Positions 19,366 through 29,975 of a stretch of DNA of 64,000 nt are shown in pieces. The stretch comes from a virus. Taxonomy: Duplodnaviria; Caudoviricetes. The position numbers were made by a program, and so were the translations under genes. Location of the stretch: IMG/VR virus record IMGVR_UViG_3300028549_000507, positions 136,252-200,251 of that record. The stretch is one strand, 5' to 3'. The notes below the pieces were generated by a model that was not told the origin of the DNA, did no database searches, and worked only from the letters and a program-made list of their open reading frames with translations. Numbering within the stretch: the stretch's first letter is position 1; the number at the start of each line of letters is the position of its first letter.

Positions 19366-22300
19366 TTAATATACCAATTTACCAGAATCAACTATAGGAA
19401 TTCCTTCACAACTAACAAGAGGTTCATTCTCAGCACCACATAAAGTTATAACCTCAGTAGATACTCTAGGAATTGCCTCTTTCTTAATTCTTTCGAACTC
19501 ATTAACAAATGAACCACCACGTTTAACGGTTAGTAATTTGAAACTAGTATTTTCAGAATATCCAACATCACCATAATCAATTCCAAAATATTTTATTTTG
19601 TTAAGTCGACCAGCTATAAGTTTTGTGAAGTCTCTATTTATCTCATAAGATACAATATCTCCATCATAAGTTCCAACCAAAGCTTTAAGATTATCTTTAT
19701 CAAAATCTCTAATAAAAGATAATATCTTACCATCGTCAGAATTCACAACACCCATAGCTTCGAATATAAACAAATCCAAATCTTTATCGTCAGAGAATGA
19801 TATATTAGTCACAATTCCAAAGAACTTGTTAAATATACTAACACTATGCGTTTTTGAATGTACCAATTCACCATTAACTCCGCCATGAAATCTTAACAAT
19901 TCAACTCCGGTAGAGTTCTTTAAAACCACATCATATCTTAAAGTATCCTTATTATATGATACGATAAGTGTTAAAAATTCAGTAGATCCTATCTCATAAT
20001 TCCAACTAGGATTAATATCATAACTTTCACTAAAGTCTCCATTATTTATATCTGTTATCAAACTTAAATTTCCACTACTAGTTATTAGTGCATCTATTTT
20101 AAATCCATAGAACTCAATAAGTGTAGCCCTGAAATTTTTATGAATCATAGACATAGAAAATTCTAGTTTAAAAAATAATCTAGATGATGTTAGATCCATA
20201 TCTATAATTCTTTTCAAATACTTACCAGACGTTTCATAATTGATATGAGTAATAGGTAACTCATTGTACGAATTGTGATGTCGATTATATCCATTCAATA
20301 CTATAGGATGATCTATAGCCATAGGAACTGTTTCAGTTATATCTCTCTCAATTATAGAATGAGTTATAGCTAATTTACAATTAAATGGTATCCCACTTGT
20401 AGCATCGAAAACCGATATTACATGTAGATTTGTAATAGTGTCACCGATATTGAGCGCATCATCAACAATACTACCAATATCTATAATCGCCGTTTTAGAA
20501 TTTGTAAATTTATCATTATCAATTCCATAAAGAGAATAACTAGATAGATCCACTTTGACTTCTTGAACCCCTCCGGAATTCAGTGAAGTTTCAATATAAA
20601 GATATAAGCTTCTCAAGAAATGACCAAGATCTTCACCATTATCATGCGGTTCAATATTCAAAACTAAATATCTGCAAAAGTTTATCTTATCATAATCCAG
20701 TTTCAATAAAGGTATACCCATATCAGTACCAATTGAATAAGAACTATTATCCATAGATATATTTGAAACGTAATTGAATATACCAACTTCACCATCAACA
20801 GGGAATACATTTACGCTGGTTGATTCTATGTTCTCGCCAGGTAGCACTAATCCGTTATAAGGAGTAACTCCGATCTTATCTCTAAAAATAAGACCTCTCT
20901 CACCCTCAACACAACCCGGAGCACTTTTCATATATCTGTGTAGGTTATTTATTCCAAATCGTTTAGAATATGCAACCTTAAGAGTGTTATGTATTCCTGA
21001 ATTATTATGTATGGTTCCATCAAATATATTTAGAAACGAAATTCCACTAGATTCAATCATACCAACAAGAGGACCATAACTCTCACTATAGAAATAGCAA
21101 ATATTATCAGAAGGAGTTTTATGATTAATTCCTGACTCAAAGAATAGTATATCCTTATCAAGGGAAATCCCGCCAGCATCTACCATGAATTGAACTTTAT
21201 TATTCAAATAAATAAATTTGGAAACAGTATTAACTACTAAACCATTTACTTTATTAAAAATAACTCCAACTATAGAATTATGATTTTCGCAAACAAACCA
21301 TTTATGAACCAGATGATATTGATCATCTCCGGGGGATGGTGTTCCAATATTTAATGCAAAAGGAATCTTAACAATATCTCTATTATTAGTGACATACTTT
21401 TGACATATATGAGGAATTCCATCAATTCTAGCATACTCTATCAAACAATCTTCTTTACCAAATCCTATAAAATTAGGATTACTAGCATTAAATTGTGAAT
21501 TTGTAATTCTATCAATATAATTATCAGTTCTATGCTGTATAAAGTCGTCATTTCTAGTTACGATGAATGACAATGTTGATCTATGACACTTATCATTTTC
21601 AAAAACAACACTACCACCAAAGTCGGTTATAGAATTATCTCCAGATATACAACTTTCATTGATTATAACATTACTCTTTGAAACGGATCTTGAAACATTT
21701 GTATTATACAGTAATGGACTTATATCCAATTTTGTATTTTTCAAAATATTAAGATCAAAATCAAGTGTATAAAAATTATCAAGATCATTATTAATTACAA
21801 GTATCAAATTGTTATTATAAGCACTCAATTTTATATTAACAATATTCTTGTAGTCTGGTATAACTAATGTACGGATAGGGGCAACATCGTTATCACACTG
21901 TTTGATTAGTATAGTAAATTCACTTAATAAGCTCGCGGTAAATACTTTATTACCAAGTTTACAAAAGTCTCCAACAAAACCTTTTGCATCTTTACTCTGA
22001 CAGAGTATCGTTTTACGACTAGCATCATTATTTTGAATAGCATACATATTTGGAGTTTCAACACTCGAATAATTGGAACTTATTGTAAATTCGAATAGAC
22101 TTCCGGCATAATAAAATATAGTTATACCATTACTGTTAGTCATTATCGTTTTTATACCCATAGTTCCTACAAGACTAGGAACGTGACTATTTCTCAACTC
22201 ATAGTATGCACCAGTCGTCGAAATTAATGTTGGACTAATTGACACATAGTTGGCGCTAAGATTTAACTTGAGTCTTCTACACATTGTAGTCGGTTTATTC

Positions 22301-23763
22301 TTTTCCAAAACAATAAATGCTGTAGACGTTTGTTCAACAAACGATTCTACTAATAGATAATTTCCATGAGAATAAACTCTATCGGAAATAAGATCAATAT
22401 TAATAACCTTCAATGTATCAGTAGATGAATCATATTCAAACAATCCGCGTTTTCGAGATGTCAATGTCGAATATTCAATATCATGATAACCGCTACATGA
22501 GAAGTAAACTTTATTTCCATCAGATGCAACATTTGATGCTACGGTATTTATATCATTCTGGAAGTCCTGTACATCGTATCTATCAAATAGATCTTTAAAA
22601 ATATTATAATTTCCTTTATAGATATTTTTAACAATATACCCTTTATTTTTTAGAGATATATAGAGGAAACCATCATCTCCATAAATGGCATCATGAATAA
22701 ATGTTCCGGATATAAATCCGGAAATCCTATCATTGATAGTAGTTAGGATCCCACCTTTTTCAATAAGATATATAGTCCCATTATTATTTACAATAACTAC
22801 ATTTTCACCATCATTACTGAAATTTATTTTGCAAGTTTCTTCATCTATGTATGGGATTACTGTTGGGTTTTTGATATCATAAAGATTATCGCTATCATAT
22901 ATTATACAAATATCATTAGTTGATGGATTTTTAATATTTAAAACTACCTTAAACCCTCCGCCAGGTTTAAATGATAATCCTATAACATTGTCGACAATCA
23001 AGTTATCTCTACATCCACTATAGTATACTAGAAAGTTTGAATCAGAAATATTAACATTCATATTTCTACTCATTATTCCACTTCTAAAACCTTCACGCAC
23101 AAGATTAAATAGTACACTTTTTTCAAAACCAACACTCATAAGAGAATCCGACAATTGTATACCATTCATATACATGAAATAAATAGCACTTACAGTTATA
23201 ATATTTCCATTATCTATATACAATGCAATTAGTTTTAAAGATTTATGTAGTTCATCTCTAACAAAGTATCTATAAGAATCACTCTTATAACTACTAGATG
23301 ATGAGTCAGTTTTATATAATCTATATTCATTTACAATATAATTATAACCGTGTCTATTATAAGTTTGATTGCTAGAATAATCTACCAAGATAGAGTCTCC
23401 GAGTAAACAATAAAATTCATAACCATCAAAACAAACACAATTCTTTTTAACAAATTGCCCAAGAGATGGGAGTGTTAATGTCGTTTTATCTCCATCATAC
23501 ATTCTAACTATATCCAAATAATTATCATGCTGGTAGAAAATTCTAAGAATACCGTCATCAGATTTAACAAATCCAATAACTATTCCGTCAACCATATCAA
23601 ATGATTTTGATACAGAAACATCTCCATCAGTATAATTTACTAACCCATTTTCATAAATAATACTACTATATGAATCAGTAATTATAGTATCCAATATTTT
23701 AACATCATTACTTATATGAGAATCTAAGAGTTGAGTGTAATCTACAATCTTCTTAATATCCAT
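19366..23763 (-). CDS. Large beta-rich structural (tail/baseplate-associated) protein
   Basis: 1465 aa, N/S/I/D/Y-rich, propeller-like strand pattern, late-type promoter. Confidence 0.7.
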   Translation of the reverse strand: MDIKKIVDYTQLLDSHISNDVKILDTIITDSYSSIIYENGLVNYTDGDVSVSKSFDMVDGIVIGFVKSDDGILRIFYQHDNYLDIVRMYDGDKTTLTLPSLGQFVKKNCVCFDGYEFYCLLGDSILVDYSSNQTYNRHGYNYIVNEYRLYKTDSSSSSYKSDSYRYFVRDELHKSLKLIALYIDNGNIITVSAIYFMYMNGIQLSDSLMSVGFEKSVLFNLVREGFRSGIMSRNMNVNISDSNFLVYYSGCRDNLIVDNVIGLSFKPGGGFKVVLNIKNPSTNDICIIYDSDNLYDIKNPTVIPYIDEETCKINFSNDGENVVIVNNNGTIYLIEKGGILTTINDRISGFISGTFIHDAIYGDDGFLYISLKNKGYIVKNIYKGNYNIFKDLFDRYDVQDFQNDINTVASNVASDGNKVYFSCSGYHDIEYSTLTSRKRGLFEYDSSTDTLKVINIDLISDRVYSHGNYLLVESFVEQTSTAFIVLEKNKPTTMCRRLKLNLSANYVSISPTLISTTGAYYELRNSHVPSLVGTMGIKTIMTNSNGITIFYYAGSLFEFTISSNYSSVETPNMYAIQNNDASRKTILCQSKDAKGFVGDFCKLGNKVFTASLLSEFTILIKQCDNDVAPIRTLVIPDYKNIVNIKLSAYNNNLILVINNDLDNFYTLDFDLNILKNTKLDISPLLYNTNVSRSVSKSNVIINESCISGDNSITDFGGSVVFENDKCHRSTLSFIVTRNDDFIQHRTDNYIDRITNSQFNASNPNFIGFGKEDCLIEYARIDGIPHICQKYVTNNRDIVKIPFALNIGTPSPGDDQYHLVHKWFVCENHNSIVGVIFNKVNGLVVNTVSKFIYLNNKVQFMVDAGGISLDKDILFFESGINHKTPSDNICYFYSESYGPLVGMIESSGISFLNIFDGTIHNNSGIHNTLKVAYSKRFGINNLHRYMKSAPGCVEGERGLIFRDKIGVTPYNGLVLPGENIESTSVNVFPVDGEVGIFNYVSNISMDNSSYSIGTDMGIPLLKLDYDKINFCRYLVLNIEPHDNGEDLGHFLRSLYLYIETSLNSGGVQEVKVDLSSYSLYGIDNDKFTNSKTAIIDIGSIVDDALNIGDTITNLHVISVFDATSGIPFNCKLAITHSIIERDITETVPMAIDHPIVLNGYNRHHNSYNELPITHINYETSGKYLKRIIDMDLTSSRLFFKLEFSMSMIHKNFRATLIEFYGFKIDALITSSGNLSLITDINNGDFSESYDINPSWNYEIGSTEFLTLIVSYNKDTLRYDVVLKNSTGVELLRFHGGVNGELVHSKTHSVSIFNKFFGIVTNISFSDDKDLDLFIFEAMGVVNSDDGKILSFIRDFDKDNLKALVGTYDGDIVSYEINRDFTKLIAGRLNKIKYFGIDYGDVGYSENTSFKLLTVKRGGSFVNEFERIKKEAIPRVSTEVITLCGAENEPLVSCEGIPIVDSGKLVY

Positions 23764-23790
23764 TATTGAACTCCTTAAGTATTTATAATC

Positions 23791-23802
23791 TATTAATATG
23801 TT
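23791..23802 (-). promoter_or_regulatory. Late-type promoter motif
   Basis: AACA TATTAA TA. Confidence 0.65.
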
Positions 23803-23812
23803 TGAGTATATA

Positions 23813-23843
23813 ATAATGGACGGGAGATAATCCCGTCCATTAT
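23813..23843 (-). terminator. Intrinsic terminator
   Basis: ATAATGGACGGGA-GATAA-TCCCGTCCATTAT. Confidence 0.8.
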
Positions 23844-23847
23844 TTAT

Positions 23848-26800
23848 CTATCGATCATATATATGAGTATATGCAATACCCTCTTGACCAAATGAACTTA
23901 ACATATCGTCTATAAATTTAGAAAATTTAACACTGTAGATAATGTCATAATCTCCTAATGCAACTCTATCCATCTGAGTTGGCGTAGATGATTTCAACTG
24001 TATACATTTTCTTCCAGTAGCTTCATCTATTATAGTCGAATATTCTCCGCCCAAATCTACTTTCAATAAAATATCATTAAAGAAGTTTCTTATAAATATA
24101 GATTTATCAGGCATAGTTCTACCGCTAGAAATAACTCTCTTGGAAGAATTATCCACAGTATCACTATCACAGAACATTCTAAATACATTATTAACAGACA
24201 TACTAGAAGGGTTAACCAATGTAGTATTTATTGTAAAAGTATTATTATTAGAATCACATACACACAATGTATCATCAATGATATCCAAGAAATAACCGTA
24301 TGGCCCAACACCACCTAAGGATACTCTTAGAGTATCTTTTATAACATAAACGTCAAAGGTATCTGACTTTGATTTTTTCAAAACACCAGTAATATTATGT
24401 CTAACATCCGCCCCTCCTGCAGATATGGAGAATGTTCCGTACAATACTCCACAATATTGTTTGAGTTGAACAATATTAATCCCAGTGATATAACCAAGAA
24501 AATCAATTCCGTATACACTGTTTATTGTATTAGAAATCGCAACTCTATTGATAGAATCATCCCATTTAAATTGAACAACTCTATCCAAGTATGGTATAGC
24601 ATAACCATCATCAAACCAAGATATACTTTCTTTTGGAAATATAATATCATTTAGGTTATAATGAGATTGTACCGGTAGTATCATATCATCATCTTTACCA
24701 AGCGTAAAGATTTTAATATCAAAATTATCTTTATAAATTATCGAAGGCCCACTATCAGCTCTAACCATTACTACTTTAGGATCCTGATTAATATTGAATC
24801 TCATATTGGTATATTGACTGATAGACACTATCGGTGTAAGGTTTACACACTCGGTATAATAGTTACTCATTGCAACTATAAATTTACCAAATTTACCACA
24901 ATCAACAAGTTCAAGTCTAACATTATCAGAACTATTATCCACGTTTACATATTTAAATCTTAAAAAATTACTATTTTGTATCATTTCAAAATAGCCACTT
25001 TTAGATTCTTTTAATAGTATATACTTCTTATTGTGTAAAAATACATATAAGGTATAATCTCCAACATCCAATTTAGACTTTAGAACCGAAAGAGTAGTTA
25101 TTGAATTGTCAGATGATTTAAGATGTGTCACCGCCGAATTCGGAGCAGATGATACTTCATGAATAATACCTAACGAGTTCGAAACAAACATTCCCGGATT
25201 TTCAGCACGTAAATCTCCCTCAGAAAGCATTTCTCCAAATTTAACTAAATCAGTTCCATCGAAGTTGTATATTTCAAATTTATTAGACACATGTACAATA
25301 TATACTTTATTTCTGAATACGTCACACTTTATGTCAGCAATATACTCGGTATCTAAATCGATACGTTTAAGACTATCAAAATTTTTACCATAGTATACGT
25401 GGTCATCTGTCATAACGTTAGAAAAAGAATCTCTAACTTTAAGTCCTATACTTTTTCTAATATCACTACGCCTAACTGTTATGAAATATGATCCATTAAG
25501 GTAATCAACCCTTGTAACAATTCCTTTTAAATTAGGAATTTCAAGCTTACCCATAAACTTCATATCAGAATTATACATATAAACACCGGCATCGGAATTT
25601 ATATATACTACTCCATTTATAATACTAACATCAACTTTCTTAGATCTATTGAAAGGAAGGTTTTCATCTGCAGATTGTGTTAAAATATATTCATTAAACG
25701 AATTTTCCAAAGGAATAGTTGTAACTTTAAATATATTATCACTCTCAGTTATATCATATATATTCGAATACGAATTCTTACTATATACATTTGTAGTTAG
25801 ATCATCCATATCATCAAATGATATAACATAATGTCGATCATTAACAATAAAATATGCTGAAGGGTTTAATTTTATCCCTATAACTCGAGTATTGATAATG
25901 TCGGATGTATTATTGATTGTTATAATTTTGAAATTATCATCACTATTCATAGCAAATAATTCTACATCATTCTCAACATCATAGAAATATGATGTAAATG
26001 AAACTAGATTATCATATATAGGAGATATACAATCTGATCTAAGTTTGTAATGTTTTTGAGAATAATTTCCAGTTATAATAGTAGACATACTCTTATTTTC
26101 AACATCATTCCCACTTAATACAGTACTCAATACATATCCGACACCATACTGATCTAGGCTTGATGTATTTAATGTAACACAAGTTTTATTCACATTCATC
26201 TCTAAATAATCTTTTACATTTATAGTGGTTTTATAATTATATCCGAACAAAATTGTATCAAAAAATAATCTATCAGTAAATGATATATTATATATATGGT
26301 TATCAGAAATAATACTATAAACTTTTCCAAACGATAGGGATACGTGAGAATCATCATATAACGACAGTATTATATGTTGATCCAGTACATTGTATTCTGG
26401 CGAATTTAGTAGTGTAAGATTTTGCACTGCAACCGAATTAGGATTAGTTACAAAATCTTTATCAATAACAACCCCAACTCCACCAATATCATCAATGTAT
26501 ATTTGTCTATAATAAAGTCTACCATCCGATTCCACATACATTACAAACAATTTATTATCAATATAAAAAAGCTCATACTTAGTTGTAGAATCACCAAATG
26601 CAAATAACGATTCATTCAGTAATCCAAAAGTTCTTGTCAAGACATTGAACCAAACTACTTTACGATTAACTCTATCTCTATTGTATATCAATATTAAATT
26701 TTTGGAAGCATAATATACTACCGAAAGATTTTCGAATGGTTGAGCAACAGTATCATATTGGTAAATGATATCAAAATCATTACTATCAACTAATTTTATA

Positions 26801-27399
26801 GTATTGGAATTTGTCAAATATACAAAGATTGATCTAGTTTCAGTTATATCGATATTTTTAACTAAGGTCAATCCTGTGCCACCGATCCAACTAATCATTC
26901 CATCAGGAGTTGAAACGTGTCCGGATCTAGTTACATATAGATTTGACAATTGTGATACATTTGCATTTTTCGTAGTAGAAGGAATCGTGCTATGGCTAAG
27001 TAAAAATTTCAAAGTCTTAAATAGATCTGTAGTTTTGGCTAGTACTAGTCCCGTCGGATCAATGTATTCTACAAAAAATGATTCTTTTCCAAATCTCTTA
27101 AAACTTATAACAAATACTCCTCGTAGTACATCGATTACCCAATTTTTACCAAAATCAAATGATATCGATAGCATTTTAGTAGGTTCATCCAAATGTACAA
27201 ACAACCCATCATCAAATTCACAATACAATTTATCAGATACAGTGGCAGTTTCCTCTGAAATTTCCGAAAGAATCCCAGATCTATTCTGACGATTATTGGT
27301 GTATTGGAATGGGCTCTTCCCAGAATTACAATTGAAATCCTTGAGGATATTTGTAGTGTATGGTATATCTTTATATGATCTAATCACCGTAAACCTCAC
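23848..27399 (-). CDS. Large beta-rich structural protein
   Basis: 1183 aa, propeller-like pattern; overlaps the upstream gene's stop. Confidence 0.7.
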   Translation of the reverse strand: MRFTVIRSYKDIPYTTNILKDFNCNSGKSPFQYTNNRQNRSGILSEISEETATVSDKLYCEFDDGLFVHLDEPTKMLSISFDFGKNWVIDVLRGVFVISFKRFGKESFFVEYIDPTGLVLAKTTDLFKTLKFLLSHSTIPSTTKNANVSQLSNLYVTRSGHVSTPDGMISWIGGTGLTLVKNIDITETRSIFVYLTNSNTIKLVDSNDFDIIYQYDTVAQPFENLSVVYYASKNLILIYNRDRVNRKVVWFNVLTRTFGLLNESLFAFGDSTTKYELFYIDNKLFVMYVESDGRLYYRQIYIDDIGGVGVVIDKDFVTNPNSVAVQNLTLLNSPEYNVLDQHIILSLYDDSHVSLSFGKVYSIISDNHIYNISFTDRLFFDTILFGYNYKTTINVKDYLEMNVNKTCVTLNTSSLDQYGVGYVLSTVLSGNDVENKSMSTIITGNYSQKHYKLRSDCISPIYDNLVSFTSYFYDVENDVELFAMNSDDNFKIITINNTSDIINTRVIGIKLNPSAYFIVNDRHYVISFDDMDDLTTNVYSKNSYSNIYDITESDNIFKVTTIPLENSFNEYILTQSADENLPFNRSKKVDVSIINGVVYINSDAGVYMYNSDMKFMGKLEIPNLKGIVTRVDYLNGSYFITVRRSDIRKSIGLKVRDSFSNVMTDDHVYYGKNFDSLKRIDLDTEYIADIKCDVFRNKVYIVHVSNKFEIYNFDGTDLVKFGEMLSEGDLRAENPGMFVSNSLGIIHEVSSAPNSAVTHLKSSDNSITTLSVLKSKLDVGDYTLYVFLHNKKYILLKESKSGYFEMIQNSNFLRFKYVNVDNSSDNVRLELVDCGKFGKFIVAMSNYYTECVNLTPIVSISQYTNMRFNINQDPKVVMVRADSGPSIIYKDNFDIKIFTLGKDDDMILPVQSHYNLNDIIFPKESISWFDDGYAIPYLDRVVQFKWDDSINRVAISNTINSVYGIDFLGYITGINIVQLKQYCGVLYGTFSISAGGADVRHNITGVLKKSKSDTFDVYVIKDTLRVSLGGVGPYGYFLDIIDDTLCVCDSNNNTFTINTTLVNPSSMSVNNVFRMFCDSDTVDNSSKRVISSGRTMPDKSIFIRNFFNDILLKVDLGGEYSTIIDEATGRKCIQLKSSTPTQMDRVALGDYDIIYSVKFSKFIDDMLSSFGQEGIAYTHIYDR

Positions 27400-29044
27400 T
27401 ATGACTTAAAATTTTATACTTAATTTCATCTATAGTTGTATCACCTATAGAACCATTCTCATTGATAAATACCCGACAATCGGAAGAATTTTTCAATCTA
27501 AATTTAGAATTAATTCCATCAATAAAATCGATCTCAATGACATCGTCATTTTGAGATATAATATTATAAATTGTCTTATTAAATGTATCTATAGTCATTA
27601 CTGCTGGCCGATCTCTAACTACAACGAGATCTAATACGACACCTCTATCTGACAATTTTCTATAGCTATCAGTTTCACCATCTAATTCATTTTTCATGAT
27701 GATTTCAAATTCAACACCATATCCAATATCATCTCCAACAAGATCTAATCGTTTCCAAGTATTAAAATTACTAGGCAAAACATGATTGCTACTATCTATA
27801 ATATTTTTAACAATAGAATCATCAACCAATGCAATTTTCATAGCATTCGGGAGAGTATTGTATATATTATTACCAATAAGATACACTGTTCCAACAATAT
27901 TCACTGGGATATTTTTTAAAGATATTGTCAATTTTGAAGATGAATCCATACTGAATGACCCGATGTATACACGATCATCCGTACCTATAAACAATATCTT
28001 ATCTTCATAAAAGTTGATACTTTTACAATTCATAGGAAGAGTTCTTGTATCAATATATACTGATTGGGTGGTATTTTTATCGACAATTATAGTTGTTATA
28101 GAATTATACTTAACAGTATGGGTATAGAAAATTCCATCTTTATAACTAAATTTGATATATTCATATGATACTCTAGATGCCAGAAGTATCAATTGACCTG
28201 ATGGTTTTAAGTTATATACTCCGGTAGGATCACTATATACAATATTTTCTAAATCTTCAGTGATTTGTAAAATTTCTTTGTTTATAAATGATGAGTAATT
28301 GATATTGACGAGCTCGGCGTTCATTGTAGTTTTAGTAATCTTAACAATATTAGGAATAACGTCCGAACCAGTCAGTGTACGCATAATACTTACATAGATA
28401 AAATCATTATCTATATATACAACTCTAGATCCAGCGATTACAAACGATCCAGAAAGCCCTAATGATGATGGTGTTATATATTTAAATTTTACAATAGAAT
28501 CTATATTATGAATGATAAGTTGATTATCTTTAACATATATACTAAATGTTCCATCCTGTCCAATATGGCTATCTAACATTGTTGGAGTTGGAACTTTTGT
28601 AGAATAATCTTCTCCGGAAATTATATCATATATAGAATTAATTATAGAATCTAATCTATATTTTATAACCGATGGATTAGAAATCACGAGAGCAGTAGAA
28701 GTATTCGATCTAATTGTTTCATAACTCGTTTTCAGGAAACTATACATAAATTTTATATATGAATCAATTTTAACCAAGTGTGCAGTATATTCCGAATTAT
28801 AAATATCCAAGGCGGTATTTACGCCATTTAACTTCGTATTAATCTCAGTAATAATAGAATCATTACTAATCTCATTTATCATTTCATAAACCGAATTACA
28901 TCTAGAAAGTATTATATCACTAGTATACTTACCACTAATGGGGTCTATAGTTTCAAGTAAATCTTTCAACTGGTCAAATACTACTCGGGATAGGTATACC
29001 ATATCCATCAGAGCTCTAACTTTTAGATTTATAGTTGTATCCAT
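27380..29044 (-). CDS. Structural protein (N-terminal helical region, C-terminal beta domains)
   Basis: 554 aa; GGAG RBS; late-type promoter. Confidence 0.7.
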   Translation of the reverse strand: MDTTINLKVRALMDMVYLSRVVFDQLKDLLETIDPISGKYTSDIILSRCNSVYEMINEISNDSIITEINTKLNGVNTALDIYNSEYTAHLVKIDSYIKFMYSFLKTSYETIRSNTSTALVISNPSVIKYRLDSIINSIYDIISGEDYSTKVPTPTMLDSHIGQDGTFSIYVKDNQLIIHNIDSIVKFKYITPSSLGLSGSFVIAGSRVVYIDNDFIYVSIMRTLTGSDVIPNIVKITKTTMNAELVNINYSSFINKEILQITEDLENIVYSDPTGVYNLKPSGQLILLASRVSYEYIKFSYKDGIFYTHTVKYNSITTIIVDKNTTQSVYIDTRTLPMNCKSINFYEDKILFIGTDDRVYIGSFSMDSSSKLTISLKNIPVNIVGTVYLIGNNIYNTLPNAMKIALVDDSIVKNIIDSSNHVLPSNFNTWKRLDLVGDDIGYGVEFEIIMKNELDGETDSYRKLSDRGVVLDLVVVRDRPAVMTIDTFNKTIYNIISQNDDVIEIDFIDGINSKFRLKNSSDCRVFINENGSIGDTTIDEIKYKILSHSEVYGD

Positions 29045-29070
29045 TGGATCTCCTTTTTATTTTTTAACAT

Positions 29071-29082
29071 CATTAATATGTT
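29071..29082 (-). promoter_or_regulatory. Late-type promoter motif
   Basis: AACA TATTAA TG. Confidence 0.65.
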
Positions 29083-29098
29083 TTGAGATAAAATAAAC

Positions 29099-29117
29099 GG
29101 AGGGAATAATTCCCTCC
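29099..29117 (-). terminator. Hairpin terminator
   Basis: GGAGGGAA-TAA-TTCCCTCC. Confidence 0.7.
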
Positions 29118-29126
29118 ACATATAAC

Positions 29127-29873
29127 TTATCTGTCATGAATTTCCATAGATACACTATTTTCAAATAGAACTCTTTTAGCAAGTTTAAATCTATACCTGT
29201 TTTTTATATCATAAGTAGAATAAAAAAATGTATCAAATTTAGGACACCATTTTTTGAAACTAGGAGAGCTATGAACTATCTTAACATTTGATTTGTTAGA
29301 TTTAATTTTAAACATTATGATTCTATTGACAAATATATCTAGATCATCATTATCTATAAACATTTCATACATCATCTTGCCGCCATAAACGACAATATTG
29401 ATGTCGGAAGGCTCATTTATAGGGGCTCTAGATGTCAACTTTAATGCTTCTAAAAGATCACAAGCATCACTTATAAATGTAATACGATGTCCACTCTTTA
29501 AAATATGACTATATATTCTATTTTCTACAAATATACCTTCATTAATGTCCAACTGCATCTTGGTTATTACTTTAGGAATATCCGTTACAAATACTATCAT
29601 GTTTCTATTTTCAAATGGAGTATATCCATTTGAGTAGAATGTATTATGTCCGCAAATTATAATAGAATCCTTAGGAGTCTTATTTTTATTCGCATTAAAA
29701 TTTCTAGACTTAGTTTCAAGTGAAAATGTAGATTCTGGAGACATTATTCTCCACGGGAATGCTCCTTCAAACCCGATACCCATAGTATCCTCATCAACGG
29801 TTACAACCATTGTTGCTTTATATTTAGTAACTGGGTTATATTTCTTTTTACCACAAAATATAGAAAACATCAT
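29127..29873 (-). CDS. folA: Divergent dihydrofolate reductase-like protein
   Basis: VVTVDEDTMGIGFEGAFPW, IIICGHNTF, ENRNMIVF and VYGGKMMY match DHFR motifs (GIG...PW, MGRKTF, R.NIV, IGG..Y). Confidence 0.75.
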   Translation of the reverse strand: MMFSIFCGKKKYNPVTKYKATMVVTVDEDTMGIGFEGAFPWRIMSPESTFSLETKSRNFNANKNKTPKDSIIICGHNTFYSNGYTPFENRNMIVFVTDIPKVITKMQLDINEGIFVENRIYSHILKSGHRITFISDACDLLEALKLTSRAPINEPSDINIVVYGGKMMYEMFIDNDDLDIFVNRIIMFKIKSNKSNVKIVHSSPSFKKWCPKFDTFFYSTYDIKNRYRFKLAKRVLFENSVSMEIHDR

Positions 29874-29905
29874 TCCTCCATTATAATTTATAAATAAAAC
29901 TTATA

Positions 29906-29917
29906 CAATATAATGTT
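29906..29917 (-). promoter_or_regulatory. Late-type promoter motif
   Basis: AACA TTATAT TG. Confidence 0.6.
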
Positions 29918-29937
29918 TAACCGTTGATTAATAAAAA

Positions 29938-29961
29938 AGAAGAGGGATTACTCCCTCTTCT
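29938..29961 (-). terminator. Intrinsic terminator (GTAA loop on minus strand)
   Basis: AGAAGAGGGA-TTAC-TCCCTCTTCT. Confidence 0.85.
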
Positions 29962-29975
29962 TCTATAATATAATA

